This document shows, in pieces, positions 9,984 to 19,160 of a DNA stretch of 35,011 nucleotides; within the stretch, counting starts at the first letter, position 1, and each line of letters begins with the position of its first letter. The stretch is from NCBI GenBank assembly GCA_012862495.1, contig BLSG01000122.1:136993-172003 (forward strand), given 5' to 3'. Below the pieces are notes generated by a model. The model did not search any database. It had not been told where the DNA came from and saw nothing but the letters and a program-made list of their open reading frames with translations. The translations under genes were made by a program, and so were the position numbers. The DNA comes from Thraustochytrium aureum (taxonomy: Eukaryota).

Positions 9984-12352
9984 TTCGAGCAAGACGCGTT
10001 TGCTGAGGGCGTGACCCACGTTGTTGTCCCTCCCGGCTGCCACGAACGCACGACCAAGGTCATAGGCGGTCTGCTGCGGGGATTGTGGATCGTGTCGAGT
10101 GAATGGATCGACGAGAGTCTCAAGAGCGGCGTCTGGGCTGACGAGCGCGCATTCGAGGCGACAAAAGGATTCCCGGCCTGCATTCAGACGCGGCGCCGGC
10201 GCGAAGACGGCAAACAGCGCGAGAATTTTTTGTTCAACAAGTCGATTTGCGTGCTGGGCAAAACCTCCCCGCCCGCCGACACTATCAAGCGCTTCGTGCA
10301 GCTTGCAGGGGCAATCTGCGTCGAGCAGGCGAGCGGGGCAGACGCTGTTGTCGTTCCTGATGGAGACGCAGCGCGCGATGTTTCTGGCGCACTCGTGGTG
10401 TGGACAGACAAGCAGCTGATGGAGCGTATTCAGTGCGGCACTGATGGAGCATCGGCGCCGAGTGCCAGCCAGAAGCAGTTTGCCAGCAAACGGGGGAAGC
10501 GGGTTTCGCGGCGGGCCTCGATTCTCTCGACGCAAGACCTTGCAGGGCTCTCCGAACAGCTCGGCAACCTTGCCTTGAGCCCGCGGAAAACCCGAGTGAG
10601 AGACCTTGCCGACCGCCTTCAAAGCCTCACGGTCGACGAGGAGCTCGAGACAGAGACGGACGAAGTGGACACCGACTGGGCCCCCAGCGTTCGAAAGCAC
10701 GCGCCGGCGAAGGCGGCGCAGCCAGTTACTTCATCTAAGCAGGCTGTCCTAGAGCGCTCTGAGGTTGCAGACGGCTGTGAAGGGGAGGCGCAAGCTTCCA
10801 GCGAGCCAGAACGCAAGCCGCAGTCTACCTTTGAGCGGCTCACCGAGCGCCCGATCCGAGTCGTCCTCGAGATGCTCGCAGGCCCGAGCCGGCCGGCAGT
10901 GGCCCGTCTCGTGAGCCGCCTGTGGGCCCAAGCGGACCGCTCGCGGCGCAACCGCGCAAGCGCGGCCGCCGTTAACGAGGTCTGCCTCGACATGGACGAG
11001 CGCCTGGGGGCCAAGAAGGCGCTGCCCGTTGCCACGTACGTTCGCAAAGGTCTCGTCGCGTCCGGCACCAAGCGCCTGCTAGCTGGGTTTCCCCGCGGTA
11101 CGTTTATCTCGGAGGGAGCTACAAGAAGGTCTACAAGGTCTGGTGCGAAGCTGCTCAGCGGCACGAGGCCTTGAGCGTCATGGACTATTGCGGGATCTAC
11201 GAGCGCGCGAGCCTCTCTGTCGTCGCTCAAGAGGCAAGCGTGTCGCTCATGCTTTCCGAGCTCGTCTCGGCAGGGCGCTGCGCCAACTTTGTGGAAACGT
11301 ACCAGGTGTTCCAGCTCGACTCGGCGCCACCCTCGCAAGCCTGGGGTGGGCCCGAGTGGGAAACGTGGCCGTCGGCTAAGCGCAACGTGTACCAGTACAT
11401 TCGCATGGAGCTCTGTGAGATGGGTGACCTTGAGGAGCACCTCAAGACTCTGCCGGACGAGGTGCTCTCCGTGCAAGACACTATGAGCGCTTTGCTGCAA
11501 CTCTCGTTCGCGCTCTTCGTTGGGCGCCAAGCCGCCAGCTTGCGTCACTTTGACGTCAAGCTCCTCAATGTCTTCCTCGCCAAGGCGCCCGAGGAAAGCC
11601 AACGGTACCAGCTGGCCTTGCCCGCCCAGCCAGACCGACAATGGGCTCCGCTGCGCCTTCGCGAAGTCGTTCCGTCCGGCTTTGTGGCCAAGCTTGCCGA
11701 CTATGGCACATCGGACACTCGCGAGGCGTCCCTCGGGTGCACTGTGGTCGTGGACCACTTCACCACGCTGGAGAACACCCCTCCCGAGTTTCTGATTCTG
11801 GGTGACGCCGCTGTGGCGGACGGCGCCGACGCGTTTGCGCTCGGGCTCTGCATGCTCCACTTGTTCGCCGGAAGTCGGCCGTACGAGGAGATTTTGGAAG
11901 AGGTCAGGGCCCCGGCGATGCTCAAACGCAGACTGCGCCAGGTGTGGCTCTCGTCGCACGGGTACTCTGTCGTCAAGCATGTGTGCCAAGACGACCCAGA
12001 CGACGTGCTGTGCGACACCTTGTACAGGTTCACTGTCCTCTTGGGGCTAGACCGGCTCGAGTCTGCTTTTGGCAAGGACAACCTGGTAGTTGCGGAGCTC
12101 GTGGCAGCTCTTGGCGAGGGGGCCAGCGTGCGTAAGCGTGCGCAATTTGCCAAGGACGTGGGCGCGTTTGGTCTCGAACAGGGAACGTCCAAGCTCATCT
12201 CCCGTTGCCGCGAGCGCTTGATGGCGGCAGCACGGGGTAGTTGCGGGCTCGACACGTTGCTACGCCTCCTTTGCCCGGATCCGGCGCAGCGCCTTTTGGA
12301 CTTTGAGGACCTCTTGCGCTCAGAGCTGTTTTCCGCAATGCGCGTCCCGTGA
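9984..12352 (+). CDS. Tandem-BRCT, F-box-like and atypical Ser/Thr protein kinase; 5' end in gap (possible ATG at 8998); one frameshift at about 11111-11118
   Basis: BRCT: VTHVVV...RTTKVIGGLLRGLWIVSSEWIDESLKSGVWADE. Kinase after joining frames: FISEGSYKKVYKVW...EALSVMD...QYIRMELCEMGDLE...LRHFDVKLLNVFL...KLADYG...TTLENTPPEF...DAFALG...LLCPDPAQR; TGA at 12350-12352. Confidence 0.85.
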
Positions 12353-12788
12353 CTTGCGCGCTTTGGCGGCTTGCCTGCGTCGCGGGCCAGACCAACTGGG
12401 GTTTCGTTCTTGCTGGGGAGAAAGAAGCCTGTGCAGGGTGCTGTTTACTATTGGTGCGAAAGGATCAATAGTGACAGGGCGTTCCTCCAGCTGAGACCAA
12501 GATCGTGCGAACGCCCTGCGATGGCAGAACAGAGCCCGAGCCGACGCGTTCGGTTCGCCTGCGCCGACCAACTCGGCGCGTATCAGCGTGTGGGCGCGGG
12601 CCGACCAACTCGGCGCGCAGTTCCTATTTGGGTCAATCGAAAAGGAAGAAGGAAGAAAATGTTTGGATGCATGCATGCCCCACCGCGAAAAGTTTGAGCG
12701 TAGCGCTGCAGTGCCGAGCGCACGGCCTGCTCTTGGCCACAGAGCCACCCACATGCCCCACGTTGATCAGCGTGCAAGGCAAACGCCG

Positions 12789-14774
12789 CTATAAGGCTTC
12801 TCCCGGCGCGGAGGCCGCCTGGCGGCGCCGCAGACCCGGCTCTCTTGGCGACTCGCGCTCGCCGCGGTGTGTCCCAGAATCCGGGAACGCGCCGTCCAGG
12901 TCGTGCAGAATGGCCTGCCGGTCAGCCTTGTCCTGCTCCAAAGAGCGCGAGTGGATTTTGCGGAGAGTTTTGGCGAAGATCGCCTGGCGCGCGCGCAAGT
13001 AACGCTCCGATGGCTTCCAATACTTCATGTAGCCGTCCCAGTTGACGTTCTTAAGGCCGGCCTGGTCCGCAATCGCCTTCTTCACGCGTGCTGCAAAATC
13101 GGTGGACGACTCGCGCTCCATGCGCTCGAGCGGCTTGAGGTACCAAACCTCGCAAATGAGGCACCACGAGGTCATGAGCTCTACGAGGTGCATCGGGAAC
13201 GACTGCGCGCGCGAGTTCCAGAACGGGTCCACGAACATTTTGTTGTACTTGATGGCGACTGGGACCACGGGGGCGCCGATCTCAAAGATGCCCTTCTTGA
13301 ACTGGATCACGTACTCATTGTTCACGCACGTTCCCTCCGGAAACACGAGCAGCGGGTTGCGAGTCGGGTCGTTCGCATGCTCGTTGAGCTTGCGCGCCAC
13401 GGCTGCCCTGTCCTTGATCTCGCCGCGGTCGAACCAGACGCACTGCAAACAGCCCAGCACGACCTCTTGCAAAAACCGCACGATGCCTTTGTGGCGCTGG
13501 CCCACGAGCGAAAAGCAGCGCATCTGCTGCAAGATGATGACGTCGATCATCGAAGTGTGGTTGGCAACGTACACGGGCTGGCACTCGCCCTCTCGCGGCT
13601 TGACCGGCGACCCGTGGTACCGGATGACCGCCCCCCAGGTGATACAGAACACGCCGCACATCATCGAGATCAGTCCGTGCTCAAGCGAGGTGCGACGCGG
13701 CCCGTGCGGAAAGCAGGTTTGCGTGACCAACATCCCGATTCCGAACAGAATCCAGCCCATCGCAAAAATCGCAAGCCGGATCGGGAAAAGGACAAAGTAC
13801 CGGATAAAGACACCCGCAGCCCACAGCGGCCACAAGTAGGCATTCCAGTTCCAGGGTCGCGGTTTCCGGCTCTGGAAGCACTTCCAAAAGTCGTCGTCCA
13901 CTATCGACTCGATGCCCTCCATGTACACCTCGCCCGTTGCTCGAAACACTTGCTGCGCGACCGAGGAGCGCCCGTGCCGGACCGCCAAGGAGCGGCCGCC
14001 CTCTTCCTCCTCCCCTTCGCCGCCCTTCGGGTCGTACTCGATTTCGATGTGCTGCGTCTTGGCGGGCCGCAAGGCTGTGCTTGGCGCCTCCAGGACGGTG
14101 CGCTGCTGCGGGGCTCCAAGCGCCTCGGGGTGGACGTGGCCCCGCTGCGCTCCAGCGTCGAGAGCGTCCACCGTGCGGACAGTCTCGCCGCTAGCACTCA
14201 AGTGGGGCGGGTTGAATGGGTCGACGGCCAGAGCCCCATTCTTCCTGCTCTCGGCGCGACGCCGTCTGGCTGAGAGGCTCTCGTTCGCAACGCTAGAGAG
14301 CCGCCCAGGCAAGTTTCGCCGGGCCATTTCGTCGTCGATGTAGGAGAGAACAAAGTCCTTGGTGGACGGCGACTTTTTCATGTCGTAGTCGCCAAAGATA
14401 CCGTTCTCCATGCCGACTTGGCGCGGGTCGTCCTCGCTCGCTTCGCTATGGAGGGAGCTGACCGAGCCAAACCGCCGGTGCATCGGCGTCTGCTGTGGCG
14501 TTTGAATCGCGCTGCCGGGCTGCGACCGGCCTGTAACGTCAACGAATTCGAGGGCCGACGGCAGCGATTCTTGGTCATCCACCCCCTCCTCGCGCCATTT
14601 TTCGTCAGTCTCGTTGCCATTTTCGTGCTCTACCGGCTGGCGAGCGTCGATTCTTCCTTCCTCGTCCACCTCCTTGAATGCTTCATCGTCTTGGTCGAGC
14701 CCGTTATCATCCGGCAGGTCGCCGTTCTCCTCCTCGTCCACGGACGGCGGAATCGGCCTTGGATCAGCGTCCAT
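12789..14774 (-). CDS. Glycerol-3-phosphate/lysophospholipid acyltransferase, GPAT9/GPAT3-4-like (PlsC family), with long acidic N-terminal extension
   Basis: IVDDDFWKCF...PWNWNAYLWPLW..GV.IRY..LFPIR, catalytic VANHTSMID (HX4D), WFDR.E, LLVFPEGTCVNN, FKKGIFE, PVAIKYNK.FVDPFWNS, WDGYMKY. First ATG of the ORF is at 14774. Confidence 0.93.
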   Translation of the reverse strand: MDADPRPIPPSVDEEENGDLPDDNGLDQDDEAFKEVDEEGRIDARQPVEHENGNETDEKWREEGVDDQESLPSALEFVDVTGRSQPGSAIQTPQQTPMHRRFGSVSSLHSEASEDDPRQVGMENGIFGDYDMKKSPSTKDFVLSYIDDEMARRNLPGRLSSVANESLSARRRRAESRKNGALAVDPFNPPHLSASGETVRTVDALDAGAQRGHVHPEALGAPQQRTVLEAPSTALRPAKTQHIEIEYDPKGGEGEEEEGGRSLAVRHGRSSVAQQVFRATGEVYMEGIESIVDDDFWKCFQSRKPRPWNWNAYLWPLWAAGVFIRYFVLFPIRLAIFAMGWILFGIGMLVTQTCFPHGPRRTSLEHGLISMMCGVFCITWGAVIRYHGSPVKPREGECQPVYVANHTSMIDVIILQQMRCFSLVGQRHKGIVRFLQEVVLGCLQCVWFDRGEIKDRAAVARKLNEHANDPTRNPLLVFPEGTCVNNEYVIQFKKGIFEIGAPVVPVAIKYNKMFVDPFWNSRAQSFPMHLVELMTSWCLICEVWYLKPLERMERESSTDFAARVKKAIADQAGLKNVNWDGYMKYWKPSERYLRARQAIFAKTLRKIHSRSLEQDKADRQAILHDLDGAFPDSGTHRGERESPREPGLRRRQAASAPGEAL

Positions 14775-16923
14775 CTCGCAGCCCCAAGCCCGCAAACACC
14801 CACCCCCCCCACCACCACGCCCTTTCCTCTCGCCCGCTCTTCCGGCGCCCGCCCTCGCGGGGCTGTTCCGGGCCCCGCCGCCGCGCGCTGGCGCTGCGTC
14901 GCCTCAATCCCAAGTCCGGCGTTCGCCTGCGTCAGCTGGCAACGCGCCTCGTCGAGCCAGGCTGGCTGGCCACCGCGCCGCTCCACCGCGCGGGCGCCGG
15001 CCGTCCTAGCCCGCGCGCTCCGCGTACTGCCCGCTCGCCCGCCGCCCCGTCCTGCCCCGCACTGCGATGGCTCAAGGCTCTACAGGGCGCTTGCTGCTGC
15101 TGCTCTGCCCCGCGCAAGCATACGCCGTGGCCTGCTCGGCTCGAGTATACTAGTAGTAGTAGTTGCGCATGCGCATGCATGTTGCGAGAGCACGAGATGG
15201 TCGACGCGACCGAAGCTGCATGTTGTGTCGCTGGTCGGCTGGGGCGCCGCGAGCGGTCGAGGCCGCTGGCGGCTGGGCTCGCAAACGACGTCTGGTGGCG
15301 CTCTGCGTCTGTTCGTCGGTCAACGGGCTGGCGTTGGTTGGTGTTTCCATCCGCGGGGCGACGAGCTTGGGCGTGGGTTGCTGCGTGCCGACCTGCTGGC
15401 ATACGTCGGACGGCGTGGTATACGTCGCTCGCCAGGCTCGTCGCCAGCTTCTGACGCCTGTGGTTGTGATTTCGGCGCCGACCTCCTTACGGGGCTGATC
15501 TCAGGTCTCGTTCTCGCTTGTGATTGGATTCTGCCATGGCATGGACCAACTTGGGCAGGACATCGTGCGCTCGTCCGTGGAGGATTGATTGTCGAGGCTG
15601 CCAGGCTGCGAAGATGGCTGCGGTCGGCCTGCGTGCCAGGCTGGCTGGACGGTGCTCGATGATGCGGCTGGAGCGGCNNNNNNNNNNNNNNNNNNNNNNN
15701 NNNNNNNNNNNNNNNNNNNNNNNNNNNNNNNNNNNNNNNNNNNNNNNNNNNNNNNNNNNNNNNNNNNNNNNNNNNNNNNNNNNNNNNNGTTGGCGCACAA
15801 GCCGAATTGGCGGCGCGACGACGGTGGCGGCCGGCGGGCTCGCGGTGCGCTTAAGGATTTTTTGGTTTGGACTGGCTGGTGTGGCTCGGTTTGGCCAGGC
15901 TTGGAGGGTCGCGCTGGTTGAGCTGAGCGGCGTTGACAACACTTTCGCAACGACCGCCCGGCCTGCTTCAGTCGTGACGACTTGAGGTCGCAAGGGTCCT
16001 CGCGGAGGACAAAGCTGCGTCAATGCTCATGGCTCGAGTTGGATCGAGCTCGTCGATCTCGAAAAAGCAGCCAGGAAAAGTCGACCGAAGGCGGAGGTAC
16101 AGAGCGCGTTCGGCCCGCGGCTGCACCGACCCGTTTCACCCGTTAAGTACGTTCGCATGGCGGGCTTTCCGACCTGGAGCACGCTTGGCCCGAGAGTTGG
16201 CACTGCACGAGAGACTGCCAGTGTAGAGGGACTCTACCGACCGGTACTCGATGATTACAGTAGAGGGCAGAGTACCTACGTGTACAGTGTCGAGCGTGAC
16301 CGCGGTGCTTGTCTCGATGCAGCCCGCCAGGTTTGTACCAACTTGACAGACTCGGTTCAGACATCATCCGCCACGGCCTGCGTGAAGTGCAGCAGCCCCA
16401 ACAGCAACTCTCCTTGGTGCGCGCAGACGGCCGACGGGGATGAAGGAAAAAACCCCAGACCCGCGCAGGAGGCCCAACCGCACCACGCAACCCGACCCAC
16501 ACCTCGCCGAGCGAGTTCACCCTGCCAACATCATGATCCCCGCCCTGGCGAGCGCATGTTTCATCGTCGCCGCCACCGAATTCTAGTTCGTTCGGCACAA
16601 AACGAGGGCGAATCAAAAACAGTGAAAAGCGCCCTCACACCCGGGGGTGTACTTCGCAATAACGCCCCAACATACGGTCTAACATATCAGCGCTCACCTA
16701 CCACACTATTAACAAATAGCAAAACACGATAATTTACCGAAGAGCTCGAGATCAGCCGAACCCGTGGGGGGCAGCGGCCCAAACCTGAATTCTGCGACCA
16801 GCCAAGCTTGCGCTGGGGAAACGCCAGCGAAGGAAGAGCCACGCAATGGTGCTGGAGAACAGACACGGCGACGGAGACAGACATCGATCGGGCAGACCGC
16901 CAACGAACGAGTCAGGCCAGGCT

Positions 16924-17015
16924 TCATTCGGTTTGTCATTCGGTTTGTCAGGTAGTCAGGCGGCGGGCAGGCGGGCAGGCGGGCGGGCAGGCGGGCAGAC
17001 AGGCGGGCAGGAGGG
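16924..17015 (+). repeat. TCATTCGGTTTG x2 followed by a (GGCG/GGCA)n tract upstream of the MATE start
   Basis: Read directly at 16924-16950 and 16958-17015. Confidence 0.8.
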
Positions 17016-17073
17016 TCGGCGGCAGCCTGCGCGTTGGTATCTTCCGAGGTTGCGCGACAACGGGGAGGCTAGG

Positions 17074-18256
17074 ATGGCTGGTGCGAGAGTGCAAGACGAA
17101 GGCGAGCAGAGGGAGGAACAGCTGCGAGAGGTGCTCCTGCCGGATGATGAGGAGGGGATCGAGCAGAATGGGAACGAGCTCACGTTTTTGGAGGAGCTCA
17201 AGAGCCTGTCGCTGCTGAGCCTGCCCGTGGCTATTGCGACCTTGGCCCGGCTGGTGATTATCAACACCGACACCGCGTTCGTGGGCCACCTGGGCAAGGA
17301 GATGCTGACGGCGTCCTCGTTCGCCAACACGTGGAACCAATTCTTGTCCAACGTGATCTTCGCCCCAGGGTACGCACTCAACTCGCTGTGCTCGCAGGCG
17401 ATCGGCGCCGGCAACCTCAAGCTGGCAGGCGTGTGGTTGCAGCTCGCCATCTTCTGCACGATGGTGCTCTGCGTGCCCGTTCTTGGCGGGTACCTGCTCA
17501 CCGAGGTCGTGGTGAACCTGATGGTGAGCGACGAGGAGGCCGACGTGCCACACCTCGCGCAAGAGTTCAACACGGTCTCCATGCTCATCCTGCTCCCGAT
17601 GGTCATGTACATGATCATCCGGCAGTTCTTCCAGGCGATGCAGGTTGTCAAGCCTGCCATGGTGGTCTCGGTGCTGACCGTGGGGGTCAATTACGCGTTC
17701 AACTACTTGTTCGTCCCTGCGGACGGACCGGTGGGCTGGGGGCTCAAGGGGTCGCCGTTTGCCACGTTTCTCTCGATGCTCTTCCAGCTCGGGTCTTTTC
17801 TGGCCTACTGCGTGCTGTACAAGGGCTACCACAAGGCGTACTGGGGCGGCTGGTCGCTCGACTTTTTGCAAAAGTCCCGCATCTCGCGCTTCTTCAAGAT
17901 GGTGCTCCCGATGGCGATTGGCATCGTGCTGGAGAACTCTGGCCTGCAGCTGATCAGCTTCAGCACGGGTCACATTGGCTCCAAAAACATCGCAGCGCAC
18001 GCGATCCTCGGCTCGCTCTGGGGCGTGCTCTGGTCGCTGTACTGGGCGTCGGCCTCGCACTCCAGGTCAAGGTGGGCGGCTACCTCGGTGACGGGAACGT
18101 GCACGGGGCCCGGCTCGTGGCCAAGATCTCGATGTTTCTCGTTTTCCTCATCTGCTCTGCGGTCGGCATCCTCACGTACGCAGGGCGCTCGTGGATCGCC
18201 GACCTCTTTTGCAGCGACGAAGACGAGGACGTCAAGCAGGTTGTGCGAGAGTCCAT
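17074..18256 (+). CDS. MATE-family efflux transporter; C-terminus in gap; frameshift at about 18044-18046
   Basis: ELKSLSLLSLP...DTAFVGHLG..L...LNSLCSQAIGAG, RQFFQA, WGLKGSPFAT, WGGWS; after a frameshift in TACTGGGCGTC the next frame gives GLALQVKVGGYLGDGN..GAR, the MATE second-half motif. Confidence 0.9.
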
Positions 18257-19160
18257 NNNNNNNNNNNNNNNNNNNNNNNNNNNNNNNNNNNNNNNNNNNN
18301 NNNNNNNNNNNNNNNNNNNNNNNNNNNNNNNNNNNNNNNNNNNNNNNNNNNNNNNNNNNNNNNNNNNNNNNNNNNNNNNNNNNNNNNNNNNNNNNNNNNN
18401 NNNNNNNNNNNNNNNNNNNNNNNNNNNNNNNNNNNNNNNNNNNNNNNNNNNNNNNNNNNNNNNNNNNNNNNNNNNNNNNNNNNNNNNNNNNNNNNNNNNN
18501 NNNNNNNNNNNNNNNNNNNNNNNNNNNNNNNNNNNNNNNNNNNNNNNNNNNNNNNNNNNNNNNNNNNNNNNNNNNNNNNNNNNNNNNNNNNNNNNNNNNN
18601 NNNNNNNNNNNNNNNNNNNNNNNNNNNNNNNNNNNNNNNNNNNNNNNNNNNNNNNNNNNNNNNNNNNNNNNNNNNNNNNNNNNNNNNNNNNNNNNNNNNN
18701 NNNNNNNNNNNNNNNNNNNNNNNNNNNNNNNNNNNNNNNNNNNNNNNNNNNNNNNNNNNNNNNNNNNNNNNNNNNNNNNNNNNNNNNNNNNNNNNNNNNN
18801 NNNNNNNNNNNNNNNNNNNNNNNNNNNNNNNNNNNNNNNNNNNNNNNNNNNNNNNNNNNNNNNNNNNNNNNNNNNNNNNNNNNNNNNNNNNNNNNNNNNN
18901 NNNNNNNNNNNNNNNNNNNNNNNNNNNNNNNNNNNNNNNNNNNNNNNNNNNNNNNNNNNNNNNNNNNNNNNNNNNNNNNNNNNNNNNNNNNNNNNNNNNN
19001 NNNNNNNNNNNNNNNNNNNNNNNNNNNNNNNNNNNNNNNNNNNNNNNNNNNNNNNNNNNNNNNNNNNNNNNNNNNNNNNNNNNNNNNNNNNNNNNNNNNN
19101 NNNNNNNNNNNNNNNNNNNNNNNNNNNNNNNNNNNNNNNNNNNNNNNNNNNNNNNNNNNN

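Noticed and set aside
14418..16955. ORFs in the GPAT-MATE intergenic region (14418-15662, 14678-15454, 16157-16732)
   Set aside because: Arg/Ala/Pro-rich with no domain-like pattern, mostly non-ATG starts; consistent with GC-rich non-coding DNA.
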